Assembly: GCA_016700015.1 (NCBI GenBank)
Contig: CP064995.1
Location: 150,001-182,000, forward strand
Direction: 5' to 3'
Source: Candidatus Saccharimonadota bacterium
GTDB lineage: Bacteria > Patescibacteriota > Saccharimonadia > Saccharimonadales > Saccharimonadaceae
DNA length: 32,000 nt
Shown piece after piece: positions 8,574-17,497 of this stretch; position 1 is the stretch's first letter; each line of letters starts with the position of its first letter. The position numbers and the translations under genes were made by a program. The notes under the pieces were generated by a model. The model saw only the letters and a list, made by a program, of their open reading frames with translations. It was not told the DNA's origin and ran no database searches.

Positions 8574-11384
8574 ATGTCTGAGATGATTCGTGTTAGAGGA
8601 GCGAGAGAGCATAATCTTAAGGATGTCAATGTCGATATTCCACGTGACAAATTCGTGGTCGTTACTGGACTAAGCGGTAGTGGCAAATCGAGTCTAGTGT
8701 TTGATACGATTTATGCTGAAGGCCAGCGCCGCTATGTCGAAAGTCTCAGTAGTTACGCTCGGCAATTTCTAGGGATTATGGACAAACCCGATGTCGACAG
8801 TATTGACGGCCTTAGCCCGGCGATCAGTATCGATCAAAAATCAACCAGTCGCAACCCACGCAGTACCGTCGCCACTGTCACTGAAATCTACGACTATCTT
8901 CGTTTGTTATTCGCGCGTATTGGCGTGCCTCATTGTCCGGTTTGTGGTAAGGCAGTCCACCGCCGCACACCTCAGGCAATTATTGATGAAATTATGAAAC
9001 TTCCCGCCGAGACAAAGGCGCTGATACTAGCACCAATTGTTTCTCAGAAGAAGGGTGAGTTCGCCCATATTCCCGAGCAGTACTCGCGTCTTGGGTTTGC
9101 GCGCGTGCGAGTTGACGGGGTGGTGTACGCTCTCGACGAGTTCCCCGAACTGCAAAAAAGTTTCAAGCATGACATCGAACTCGTCGTCGACCGTCTAGTC
9201 ATTAAGCCCGATGCCGTCAGCCGGATCACTCAGTCGGTGGAGCAGGCGCTGGAAATCGCTGGTGGAGTTGTCGAAGTGCTTAACGCAGACAACGGTGAAG
9301 CGCACGTATTCAGTCAACGGTATGCATGTGTCGATCACCCGAGTGAAGACATCCCCGAGCTCGAGCCGCGTCTTTTTAGCTTTAATGCGCCCCAAGGTGC
9401 ATGTCCGGTGTGCACTGGCCTTGGCAGCCGACTCGAAGTCGATCCTGACCTAGTATTTAATCCTAATCTAACAATTGCCGAAGGTGCAATCCGGCCCTAT
9501 AATCGCGTCAACAGTGACGCTTGGTATATGAAACGACTTGCAGTTGTGGCCGACGCACATGGATTTAGTATTCATGTGCCAGTAAAGAAGCTCAGCGACG
9601 AAGATTTACAAAAAGTTCTCTACGGTACTGGCGCACAGAAATACCGGGTACGCCTGAATGGTGGTCGGTTTTACGACTCCACCTACGAAGGTGTTATCCC
9701 AAACTTGGAGCGACGCCATAAAGAGACTGATAGTGAGTTTATGCGCAAAGACATAGAGCGATTTATGCGTGAACGCCGCTGCACCGCTTGCCAGGGCGCG
9801 CGGCTCAAGCCGGCAGTGCTTGCCGTTAAGGTGCACGGGCTGAATATTATGGAAATATGCAACCTCGGTGTAGATGAAGCAATTGAACTGATTGACGGAC
9901 TACACCTCAGCGAAGACGAGGAGTTTATTGCTAAGCCAATCAGGAAAGAAGTTCGAGCTCGTCTTGGGTTTATGAGCAATGTCGGCCTGAGTTACCTGGA
10001 ACTTTCGCGGGCTGCCAACACGCTTAGTGGTGGTGAAGCGCAGCGTATTCGACTCGCTACACAGATTGGTAGTGGGCTACAGGGTGTACTGTATGTGCTT
10101 GATGAGCCTAGTATTGGCCTCCATCAGCGCGATAACGATCGGCTCATAGCCACACTCAAGCACCTGCGCGATCTCGGTAACTCGGTGCTGGTTGTTGAGC
10201 ATGACGAGGACACTATCCAGCATGCAGACTACTTGATTGATGTTGGTCCCGGTGCCGGGGTGCATGGCGGTCAGATTGTGGCGTACGGTACGCCCGAGGA
10301 AGTAGCCGCTCACCCCAACAGTATCACCGGTAAGTACCTTGCGGGCGTCGAAAAAATCCCCGTACCGAAGCGTCGTCGTCCGATAGAATTTGATCGTAAA
10401 CTGACAGTGCTTGGTGCGCGCGAGAATAATCTAAAAGGCATCAATGTCGCCTTTCCGCTCGGTGTGCTGACCGTCGTGAGCGGTGTTAGTGGTAGCGGTA
10501 AATCAACGCTCGTCAACGATATTCTTGCCAAAGAACTTTCCGCTAGGCTACACCGCGCTCAGGAAGTGCCCGGTGCGCACGATAATATTGAAGGTATTGA
10601 CCAGCTCGACAAAGCGATTGTGATTGATCAGTCGGCAATCGGTCGCACACCACGCTCTAACCCAGCTACCTATACCGGCGTGTTCACACCAATTCGCGAA
10701 CTGTTTGCCGGTACTCCCGAAGCTAACATCCGTGGCTACAAAGCAGGGCGATTTAGTTTCAATGTCAAAGGTGGTCGCTGCGAAAATTGCCAAGGCGACG
10801 GCGTGATCAAAATTGAAATGCACTTCTTGCCCGATGTCTATGTGACCTGCGACGAATGTAAAGGCAAACGCTATAACCGAGAAGCATTGGAAATAAAGTA
10901 TAAAGACAAAACCATCAGCGATGTGCTCGACATGACGGTCGAACAGGCTTGTGAGTTTTTTGCTAACATCCCTAGTATTGCCCGCAAACTCGACACCCTG
11001 AATGAAGTTGGGCTCGGTTATATTAAGCTTGGCCAGCCGGCAACCACATTCAGCGGCGGTGAAGCACAGCGTATCAAACTCGCCACCGAACTAAGCCGGC
11101 GCAGTACTGGTAAAACTCTTTATATTCTCGACGAACCCACCACTGGCTTGCACACCGCAGACGTCAAAAAGTTACTCGAAATACTCGACAAACTAGTCGA
11201 TGGTGGCAATACTATGATTATCATCGAGCACAATCTCGAAGTCATCAAATGCGCCGACTATATTATCGACATGGGGCCCGAAGGTGGTCAGGGCGGCGGC
11301 ACCATTGTCGCCGAAGGTACGCCCGAAGCCATAACAAAAGTTCCCGTATCATTTACGGGGAAATACCTCAAAAGTCTATTGTAA
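8574..11384 (+). CDS. uvrA: Excinuclease ABC subunit A
   Basis: 936 aa with two ABC ATPase modules (GLSGSGKSSL, GVSGSGKSTL; LSGGEAQR twice). CxxC zinc modules (CPVCG, CPVCTG, CENCQG...CDEC). Confidence 0.97.
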   Translation: MSEMIRVRGAREHNLKDVNVDIPRDKFVVVTGLSGSGKSSLVFDTIYAEGQRRYVESLSSYARQFLGIMDKPDVDSIDGLSPAISIDQKSTSRNPRSTVATVTEIYDYLRLLFARIGVPHCPVCGKAVHRRTPQAIIDEIMKLPAETKALILAPIVSQKKGEFAHIPEQYSRLGFARVRVDGVVYALDEFPELQKSFKHDIELVVDRLVIKPDAVSRITQSVEQALEIAGGVVEVLNADNGEAHVFSQRYACVDHPSEDIPELEPRLFSFNAPQGACPVCTGLGSRLEVDPDLVFNPNLTIAEGAIRPYNRVNSDAWYMKRLAVVADAHGFSIHVPVKKLSDEDLQKVLYGTGAQKYRVRLNGGRFYDSTYEGVIPNLERRHKETDSEFMRKDIERFMRERRCTACQGARLKPAVLAVKVHGLNIMEICNLGVDEAIELIDGLHLSEDEEFIAKPIRKEVRARLGFMSNVGLSYLELSRAANTLSGGEAQRIRLATQIGSGLQGVLYVLDEPSIGLHQRDNDRLIATLKHLRDLGNSVLVVEHDEDTIQHADYLIDVGPGAGVHGGQIVAYGTPEEVAAHPNSITGKYLAGVEKIPVPKRRRPIEFDRKLTVLGARENNLKGINVAFPLGVLTVVSGVSGSGKSTLVNDILAKELSARLHRAQEVPGAHDNIEGIDQLDKAIVIDQSAIGRTPRSNPATYTGVFTPIRELFAGTPEANIRGYKAGRFSFNVKGGRCENCQGDGVIKIEMHFLPDVYVTCDECKGKRYNREALEIKYKDKTISDVLDMTVEQACEFFANIPSIARKLDTLNEVGLGYIKLGQPATTFSGGEAQRIKLATELSRRSTGKTLYILDEPTTGLHTADVKKLLEILDKLVDGGNTMIIIEHNLEVIKCADYIIDMGPEGGQGGGTIVAEGTPEAITKVPVSFTGKYLKSLL

Positions 11385-11506
11385 AACGTATGATAAATCC
11401 CCCTCGTATCGTTCGCGATATATGACGAAATTGAGGGGGGCTGAACGGGCAGGTCGCGAGGCTGCAATTGTATTGTAAAATAGATTGTTCTTTTTTGCAA
11501 TCAACC

Positions 11507-12172
11507 TTAACGTCTTTCTCTGCCAAAAACAATGCCTAGTTCACGTTTTGTGCCAGCCCATAAATTGGCGCGCTTTTCTCTGGTGTGCAGCGTATGCCAA
11601 AGCATCGGAGAAATACTAAGGAAAATAATGATAAGCGCGGCAACTTCGACATTGATTCCCATGTCATGCAGCACTTTGCCGGCGTAGTAGCCGAGGTAAG
11701 TAAAGCTATAGGTCCAAAGGAACGCTCCGATAATGTTATACGGCAAAAATTGACGATAGGTCATTTTGCTGACGCCAGCAACAATAGGCACGAAGGTGCG
11801 GATGATTGGCACGAAACAGGCAAGTACAATAGCGATGGGGCCATACTTTTCGTAGAATGCTTCAGTGCGTACTAAGTTTTCTTTGCGGAAAAAGCGGCTA
11901 TTAGGGCGGTCAAATAGCTTGCGTCCCACTTTTTTACCAAACAGATAGCCGGTTTGTTGGCCTAGAAGAGCGCACAAAAATAACAAAAAGGCGAAGAGGT
12001 GGATGCTGATAGCACCAAATGAACCGATGCTTTGCTGGACGAGAAAGCCAGCAGTAAATAGTAGGCTGTCGCCCGGGAACAAAAAGCCAATCAGCAGGCC
12101 TGATTCGGCATAGATTACGAACAAAACAGCGAGCACGCCGAGGCCAGTAATAAAATTGAGTAATACTTCCAT
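11507..12172 (-). CDS. DedA/SNARE-associated family membrane protein
   Basis: 221 aa, multi-TM, with DedA-type motifs (GFLFPGDSLLFTAGFL; FVPIIRTFVPIVAGVSKM). Confidence 0.88.
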   Translation of the reverse strand: MEVLLNFITGLGVLAVLFVIYAESGLLIGFLFPGDSLLFTAGFLVQQSIGSFGAISIHLFAFLLFLCALLGQQTGYLFGKKVGRKLFDRPNSRFFRKENLVRTEAFYEKYGPIAIVLACFVPIIRTFVPIVAGVSKMTYRQFLPYNIIGAFLWTYSFTYLGYYAGKVLHDMGINVEVAALIIIFLSISPMLWHTLHTREKRANLWAGTKRELGIVFGRERR

Positions 12173-12180
12173 TCCTCATT

Positions 12181-12186
12181 AGTGTA
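12181..12186 (-). promoter_or_regulatory. -10-like box TACACT, 8 nt upstream of the DedA-family ATG (leaderless-type)
   Basis: The minus strand reads TACACTaatgaggaATG. The GAGGA directly abuts the ATG, too close to act as an SD. Confidence 0.3.
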
Positions 12187-12219
12187 ACATATCTCACACC
12201 CTGAGTGGCCGTCGTGTGC

Positions 12220-12225
12220 TATAAT
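12220..12225 (+). promoter_or_regulatory. -10 box TATAAT for rplY (this gene has a ~50-nt leader with an SD)
   Basis: TATAAT at 12220-12225. A purine-rich SD (AAAGGAAGGGA, 12265-12275) lies just before the ATG at 12279. Confidence 0.4.
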
Positions 12226-12278
12226 AATAAGCACTATTATGTAACTCCGAAAAGGTACCAGACGAAAGGAAGGGAAGT

Positions 12279-13010
12279 ATGGGAGATAAGATTAGTCTTA
12301 AAATTGAGGCACGCGAACTGCGTGGTAAAAAAGTTGTCAAACTTCGCAAGCAAGGCATGACGCCTGCGGTGGTATACGGACAAGACACGGAGCCACAGGC
12401 CATTCAGGCGGACAGCAGTGAGCTTCGCAAGGTAGTGGTACGTGCTGGCATGCACACACCGATCAACTTAACGGGCAGTAAGCGGCGAATTGCCATGATC
12501 AAAAGTGTTGACTACGATCCAACAAAACGTGGCAGTATACGTCATGTCGCGTTTCATGCGGTCAATGCTAACGAGCCTGTCAATGCCGAAGTGCCAATTA
12601 GGTTGGTCGGCGAAGGGGAGTCTGTCGCTGAGCGGTCTGGCTTGATTGTCTTGCAGGCGCTAGAGAAGATTGAAGTTAAGGCACTGCCTATGGACCTACC
12701 AGAGGCACTTGAAGTGTCAATTTTGGCTCTCGCAGCCGAGGGTGATCGCGTGACGGTCGGTGATATTGTGTTGCCGGCTGGAGTGGAAATTGTCGAGCAT
12801 GATGACGGACGTGCCGATGAGGAAGATGAAGAAAAGCAAAGCGTCCTTGACCTTGTGGTCGCCAACGTCTACGAGCCAAGCTCGCTGGCAGCAGCTAACG
12901 AAGCCGCTGCAGGTGACGCAGAAGACGAAAGCCAAGTTGCAAGCGAAGGCGGCGAACAGCCTGTCGATCAACCCGCCGAGCCTGAAAGCGCTGAAACGAA
13001 GAGCGAGTAG
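12279..13010 (+). CDS. rplY: 50S ribosomal protein L25 / general stress protein Ctc form, with an acidic C-terminal extension
   Basis: N-terminal L25 signature (LKIEARELRGKKVVKLRKQGMTPAVVYG). Second beta-domain. The long D/E/A-rich tail is typical of Ctc-type L25. Confidence 0.9.
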   Translation: MGDKISLKIEARELRGKKVVKLRKQGMTPAVVYGQDTEPQAIQADSSELRKVVVRAGMHTPINLTGSKRRIAMIKSVDYDPTKRGSIRHVAFHAVNANEPVNAEVPIRLVGEGESVAERSGLIVLQALEKIEVKALPMDLPEALEVSILALAAEGDRVTVGDIVLPAGVEIVEHDDGRADEEDEEKQSVLDLVVANVYEPSSLAAANEAAAGDAEDESQVASEGGEQPVDQPAEPESAETKSE

Positions 13011-13025
13011 TAAGGAAGTTCCATC

Positions 13026-13054
13026 AATAACCGCGGCCAAAGGCCGCGGTTATT
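13026..13054. terminator. Bidirectional terminator hairpin between convergent rplY and the Nudix gene
   Basis: Perfect 13-bp stem AATAACCGCGGCC / GGCCGCGGTTATT with an AAA loop. A/T tracts flank it on both strands. It touches the Nudix stop codon (13054-13056). Confidence 0.8.
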
Positions 13055-13761
13055 TAATATTCAGTGTCATTGTAGAAAAAATCTTGAGCGTGATAGCTGA
13101 CACCATTGTCCATGTGCACCACAAAGTCATGTGCGCTGGTAAATATTTTTTCTTGCGCTGTGAATTCTTCTTCAGTCATCCAGAAGTTTTTGCCGCCTTC
13201 GAACTGGTCCACGAGCTCACCTGTCGCGCTATCTGTATGCATAACAATAAATAATTTGTCTTCAAGTAACGTGCGATCGGATTTTTTAAAATCTCGTTTA
13301 TGAAACAATAATTTGTAAGTAAACGATGCCGTAAGCCCAGCTTCTTCTTCCAGTTCACGTGCAGCTGCATCTTCAAACGACTCGCCCCAGCGCACCTTGC
13401 CGCCAAGTCGACCATAAAATCCGTAATAAGGGTGTTTGAGCCGTTGTTGAACCAAGAACTCGCGCCGATTGCCGACCCGGCGTTCTACCAGCAGAGCGAC
13501 CGATACTTTTGGTTGTTTTTCAATTTCATTTTGGTCAGTATCCATGCGATTGGCATATTCTTTGCCGCGCTGCGTGAGCGTGTAGCGGCCATCGTTTTTT
13601 GCAATTAGCCCAGCTTCGGAAAGCTTTTTGATATGAAAATTGAAGTGGTCACTACTAAGGCTTGTTGTTTTTTGCAGCTCGGCGAACCCAGCCTCTTTCG
13701 CAAACAACAGTGCGCGTAGAATGCTTGTTTGTGCTTCGTGAACTTCAGGTTCGTAACTCAT
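13054..13761 (-). CDS. Winged-helix (HTH) - Nudix hydrolase fusion protein
   Basis: N-terminal wHTH-like region (ILRALLFAKEAGFAELQKTTSLSSDHFNFHIKKLSEAGLI). Nudix box GGKVRWGESFEDAAARELEEEAGL. SD AAGGAGG at 13766-13772 (minus strand). Confidence 0.85.
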   Translation of the reverse strand: MSYEPEVHEAQTSILRALLFAKEAGFAELQKTTSLSSDHFNFHIKKLSEAGLIAKNDGRYTLTQRGKEYANRMDTDQNEIEKQPKVSVALLVERRVGNRREFLVQQRLKHPYYGFYGRLGGKVRWGESFEDAAARELEEEAGLTASFTYKLLFHKRDFKKSDRTLLEDKLFIVMHTDSATGELVDQFEGGKNFWMTEEEFTAQEKIFTSAHDFVVHMDNGVSYHAQDFFYNDTEY

Positions 13762-13832
13762 TATGCCTCCTTTATGTTATCACCGGCTACTCTAGCAGAC
13801 GAGCAAGGGCAATTCTAGTGAAGTCAACTTTA

Positions 13833-15599
13833 CTATTCCTCAATGAATCCGCCACTTTGGTGTGCCCACAACTTGGCATATATTCCCTTATGTGCGAGCA
13901 AATCGGCATGACTCCCATCTTCAACCACTCTGCCGTTGTCGAGGACGACAATTCTATCAAGTTTTGCGATTGTCGACAACCGGTGTGCGACAACCAGGCT
14001 CGTTCTGTTTTCCATCAATTTAGCTAATGAGCGTTGAATGAACTGCTCGCTTTTGCTATCAAGTGCACTGGTGGCTTCGTCTAGGACAAGAATTGGCGCG
14101 TTTTTTAGAATTGCCCGCGCGATCGCAATTCGCTGACGCTGTCCGCCCGATAATTTTACGCCTCGCTCACCAACAATCGTGTCAAATCCGTTTGGCAAAC
14201 GCTCAATAAATTCTAGGGCATTCGCTTCACTTGCAGCTTGCCTGATTTGCTGTATATCGGCATATGGGTGTGCATACGCAATGTTTTCTGCAAGTGATCG
14301 ATGGAAAAGAAGTGGCTCTTGGGCTACGTAAGCGATTGATTGTCGAAGACTGGCTTGTGTCACGTCTGCTATATTTTGACCGTCAATCAACACTGAGCCA
14401 TTATCTAGATCATCAAATCTGAGAAGCAGTTTGGTGACCGTTGTCTTTCCTGCGCCAGAACTACCGACTAGTCCGACTTTCTGACCGGCCTTAATATGGA
14501 GTGTAAAATCGTGGAGGACATCAATCGACTTTGTATCCTGGTAGGCGTAGTACACATTAGTAAAATCGATCGCACCAGCCGTTACATGAAGCTTTTTGTG
14601 GCTTCTGTCGCGCACTAGTGGAGGCTCTTGGAGTATTTCTGTCATAGGTGACGCTTGCAGTAAGATTTTGTCATACCCGTTGATTAGTTCGCCAAGTGAA
14701 AATAGAGTGGCCGCGAGTCGCTGCAAATACGCAATGGTAAAAATCGCAATCGAAAGTGGTATGGAATGGTTTAGTAGCATACTGCCAATCGCAATAATGG
14801 CAATAATTTGGAACGTCTGCATAAACAATATCCGTCCAGATCCTTCAAGCGACATAAGCGAGAAATCTTTACGATGCGCTTTTTCATATTCGGCACTAAC
14901 TTTCAGTACGCGGTTGACTTCTTCTTTTTCACCTGCAAATGTTTTGACGGTAAGATTATTCGTGATCGAGTCTGCAGCCGTACCGTTTACTTCTGATACC
15001 AGTCGTTTACGTTCGGCGCGAATCGCATCGCGCATTTGGCGAAACAACCGTATTTGCACGAGAAGCCCGACGATAAGAATTGCAATGATTCCAGCAAGAA
15101 GCGGCGTTTGTAGAAAAATAATCGTTAGCCCAACAACAAGATTAATGAGAAACGATAGTGTCCGAAGAACAAACAAATCCTGTATGCCAACATGACCGTT
15201 AATGAAATCAATAAATTTCCCAGTTAGGGCACCAATTTTTTGGTTTGCAAAGAAATCTTGCTCGCGGCGGAGCAGGTTGTCTAGGGAACTAACTACGAGC
15301 CGCGTGCGAACAGCAGCTTCATGCCGCACAGCTGTTTGAAAGCCTATGAGGTTGAGTACGACGCCAACTAGTACAAATACTCCGGCAGTAAATAAGTAGG
15401 TTTGCATTTGCTCCGTATCGTTGGTTGAAAAAGTGCCGATTGCCTTTGCGAGATAGTAGGGCACCGCAGTGTCAAGCATTAGTGCAGCGAGTGGTATAAA
15501 CAAAGTCATGACCCAAAACTTCAATTTATCGAGACGAATTTGCTCCCAGTACAGCTTGAGTGTACCTTTAACTAGAATAGTAGGCTTTTGTTTTTTCAT
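13833..15599 (-). CDS. ABC exporter, fused permease/ATPase (MsbA/multidrug-type)
   Basis: Six-TM N-terminal half. Walker A GSSGAGKTT, signature LSGGQRQR, Walker B ILVLDEATSALD, and H-loop VVAHRLS. I place the start at ATG 15599 (MKKQKPTILV...). The track's upstream start (15761) would run across the divergent trhO promoter and start. Confidence 0.88.
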   Translation of the reverse strand: MKKQKPTILVKGTLKLYWEQIRLDKLKFWVMTLFIPLAALMLDTAVPYYLAKAIGTFSTNDTEQMQTYLFTAGVFVLVGVVLNLIGFQTAVRHEAAVRTRLVVSSLDNLLRREQDFFANQKIGALTGKFIDFINGHVGIQDLFVLRTLSFLINLVVGLTIIFLQTPLLAGIIAILIVGLLVQIRLFRQMRDAIRAERKRLVSEVNGTAADSITNNLTVKTFAGEKEEVNRVLKVSAEYEKAHRKDFSLMSLEGSGRILFMQTFQIIAIIAIGSMLLNHSIPLSIAIFTIAYLQRLAATLFSLGELINGYDKILLQASPMTEILQEPPLVRDRSHKKLHVTAGAIDFTNVYYAYQDTKSIDVLHDFTLHIKAGQKVGLVGSSGAGKTTVTKLLLRFDDLDNGSVLIDGQNIADVTQASLRQSIAYVAQEPLLFHRSLAENIAYAHPYADIQQIRQAASEANALEFIERLPNGFDTIVGERGVKLSGGQRQRIAIARAILKNAPILVLDEATSALDSKSEQFIQRSLAKLMENRTSLVVAHRLSTIAKLDRIVVLDNGRVVEDGSHADLLAHKGIYAKLWAHQSGGFIEE

Positions 15600-15741
15600 C
15601 GAATATTTGCTCCGCGCGAAAACCAATTGATATCTCCTTTCATCATATATCGTTGGCGTGTATTTCGCTAGCGGTCGGTCGCGTCCTGACATTTGGGCGA
15701 GTAGAGGTCCGTTTTGCGGACATAGTTTTTTTCGTATACGG

Positions 15742-15747
15742 TATAAT
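15742..15747 (+). promoter_or_regulatory. -10 box TATAAT, 8 nt upstream of the trhO ATG (leaderless-type)
   Basis: TATAAT at 15742-15747 and ATG at 15756. Confidence 0.45.
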
Positions 15748-15755
15748 GAAGTTAT

Positions 15756-16661
15756 ATGCAAAAAATTCTGCTTTACTATAAATTCACTCCTATAGCCGAC
15801 CCAGAGCTATTAAAGCTATGGCAAAAAACGCTCTGCGATAGTCTCAATTTACATGGTCGGATACTGGTAAGTAAGCAAGGGATTAATGGAACGGTTGGCG
15901 GAGACATAGAAGACCTCAAGGCATACATAAAAGCCACCAAGCAACACCCGGGATTCAAAGATATACTGTGGAAATGGAGCGATGGCTCACGTGACAACTT
16001 CCCGCGTATGAGCGTAAAAGTAAAAAAAGAATTAGTTGCTTTTGAAACCTGGGACGAAATTGAAGTTGATGAGCAAGGTGTCGTTGGTACCGGCCCCCAC
16101 CTGAAGCCCGAAGAAGTGAATGCCATGGTCGAAAAATACGGTGACGACGTAGTGTTTTTTGACGGGCGCAACCAGTATGAGGCTAAAGTTGGTCGTTTTA
16201 AAAACGCTGTTGTGCCCGACACGCGGACTAGCCGTGACTTCAAACGCGAGCTCGATAGCGGTAAATACGACGAACTAAAAAACAAAAAAGTCATTAGCTA
16301 TTGTACGGGTGGTGTGCGCTGTGAACTGCTGAGTGCCATGATGAAGCAACGTGGCTTTAAAGACGTTTACCAAATTGACGGTGGCATTGTAAAATACGGA
16401 GAAACGTATGGTGATGATGGACTATGGGAGGGGCAACTTTACGTGTTCGATGGCCGTATGGGGATGGATTTTAGTGATCATGCAAAAGTGATTGGCGAGT
16501 GCATTCATTGTGGCGGCAGTACGAGTAACTACGAGAACTGTGCGCTGCCTAGCTGCAACGACCTAGTACTTATTTGTGAACACTGTAAGCTTGATGAAAA
16601 GAATTTGTATCATACAGAAATGTGTCGCACAGCGCGCCAGCAACAGCTGCAAAATGCGTAG
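15756..16661 (+). CDS. trhO: Rhodanese-domain protein, UPF0176/YceA family (tRNA uridine-34 hydroxylase TrhO-like)
   Basis: N-terminus (ILLYYKFTPIADPE...HGRILVSKQGINGTVGG). Rhodanese active-site loop CTGGVRCE. Cys-rich C-terminus. Confidence 0.82.
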   Translation: MQKILLYYKFTPIADPELLKLWQKTLCDSLNLHGRILVSKQGINGTVGGDIEDLKAYIKATKQHPGFKDILWKWSDGSRDNFPRMSVKVKKELVAFETWDEIEVDEQGVVGTGPHLKPEEVNAMVEKYGDDVVFFDGRNQYEAKVGRFKNAVVPDTRTSRDFKRELDSGKYDELKNKKVISYCTGGVRCELLSAMMKQRGFKDVYQIDGGIVKYGETYGDDGLWEGQLYVFDGRMGMDFSDHAKVIGECIHCGGSTSNYENCALPSCNDLVLICEHCKLDEKNLYHTEMCRTARQQQLQNA

Positions 16662-16675
16662 GTATTCAAAGAAAA

Positions 16676-16692
16676 CTTATTGAAATAATAAG
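16676..16692. promoter_or_regulatory. Candidate Fur-family operator (AT-rich palindrome CTTATT-N5-AATAAG, 7-1-7-like)
   Basis: CTTATTGAAATAATAAG lies 24 nt upstream of the Fur-family start and resembles the TTATAAT-N-ATTATAA class of Fur/PerR boxes. The region is AT-rich, so chance occurrence is possible. Confidence 0.25.
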
Positions 16693-16715
16693 GTAAATAA
16701 TTTACAGTAGTATCC

Positions 16716-17114
16716 ATGCAGCAAAGACGATCAACTAGGTATACCCGTGAAATCCAGGATATTTTACAGCGCATGGGACACGCAACCAATTCGCAAATAG
16801 CGAAAGAACTTCGTAAAAAATTTCCTACAGTCAGTGACACAACAGTTCATCGCGTAACGCAGCGCTTGTATAAAGACGGTGTGTTTGCTCTTGCGCCGCA
16901 GGCCCGTGACGGTTCGGTGCGCTATGACCATACCCTAAAACAGCACGATCACTTTGGCTGTTCGCGCTGTGATGGGCTGACAAATATGGATATCCCAGAA
17001 AAATATTACGAAGCATTACGCAGCAAACTCGGTGCCTGTAATATCACAGGCCCACTTACCGTTTATGGCGATTGCCAGAAATGTAGCGCCCATGCTACAT
17101 CTACATCACAATAA
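16716..17114 (+). CDS. Fur-family transcriptional regulator (Fur/PerR/Zur-like)
   Basis: N-terminal wHTH (TREIQDILQRMGHATNSQIAKELRKKFPTVSDTTVHRVTQRL). HDHFGCSRCDG ... CQKC metal-binding motifs. Confidence 0.85.
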   Translation: MQQRRSTRYTREIQDILQRMGHATNSQIAKELRKKFPTVSDTTVHRVTQRLYKDGVFALAPQARDGSVRYDHTLKQHDHFGCSRCDGLTNMDIPEKYYEALRSKLGACNITGPLTVYGDCQKCSAHATSTSQ

Positions 17115-17121
17115 GGAGTAT

Positions 17122-17466
17122 ATGATGAGCCTGTATAATACACTAACAAAAGAAGAATTCGATAAAAAAGTTCTTCACAACAACAAGGTAGTAGTCGTAG
17201 ATTTCTGGGCTGAGTGGTGTCCGCCATGCCGCGCGATGGCGCCAATTCTTGCCGCTATCGCTGAAAAAATGAGTGATGACGTGGAGGTCGTAAAAGTCGA
17301 CATAGAGGCATCGGGTGACAACAGTCAGCTTGCTACTACCTATGGCATCCAAAGTATCCCAAATCTTCACATTTTCAAGGCGGGTACACATGTGGGTCAG
17401 TTGGTTGGGCTCGTGCCCGAGGCCCATCTAAAAGATGAGCTCAAAAAGTATATCGACACCGACTAA
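17122..17466 (+). CDS. trxA: Thioredoxin
   Basis: VVVDFWAEWCPPCRAMAP active site. SD AAGGAG at 17113-17118 overlaps the Fur stop. The start is ATG 17122 or 17125. The track's longer ORF from 17032 overlaps fur and is rejected. Confidence 0.9.
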   Translation: MMSLYNTLTKEEFDKKVLHNNKVVVVDFWAEWCPPCRAMAPILAAIAEKMSDDVEVVKVDIEASGDNSQLATTYGIQSIPNLHIFKAGTHVGQLVGLVPEAHLKDELKKYIDTD

Positions 17467-17484
17467 TCGCTCATGATTTCGCGC

Positions 17485-17490
17485 TATACT
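17485..17490 (+). promoter_or_regulatory. -10 box TATACT, 7 nt upstream of the uvrC GTG (leaderless-type)
   Basis: TATACT at 17485-17490 and GTG at 17498. Confidence 0.4.
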
Positions 17491-17497
17491 AGGTAGT

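Noticed and set aside
11399-11439. Hairpin CCCCCTC...GAGGGGG after uvrA as a rho-independent terminator
   Set aside because: It has a 7-bp GC stem, but the loop is 27 nt and no T-run follows on the plus strand. On the minus strand it is 68 nt away from the DedA-family stop. It is too weak to call.
12554-13254. Several overlapping ORFs on both strands across the rplY 3' half (12554..12865, 12688..12879, 12717..13040, 12760..13254)
   Set aside because: They are by-products of the GC-/GA-rich acidic tail coding region of L25/Ctc. They have no independent signals and overlap well-supported genes.
15600-15761. N-terminal 54-aa extension of the ABC exporter ORF (track start at 15761)
   Set aside because: The extension would overlap the trhO start and its TATAAT box on the other strand. 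It is not hydrophobic or conserved-looking. MKKQKPTILV... at 15599 gives the usual ~28-aa cytoplasmic stub before TM1.
17032-17121. Upstream extension of the thioredoxin ORF (MPVISQAHLPF...)
   Set aside because: It lies inside the Fur-family coding region in another frame. A strong SD (AAGGAG) precedes the internal ATG pair at 17122/17125, which gives a normal ~114-aa thioredoxin.
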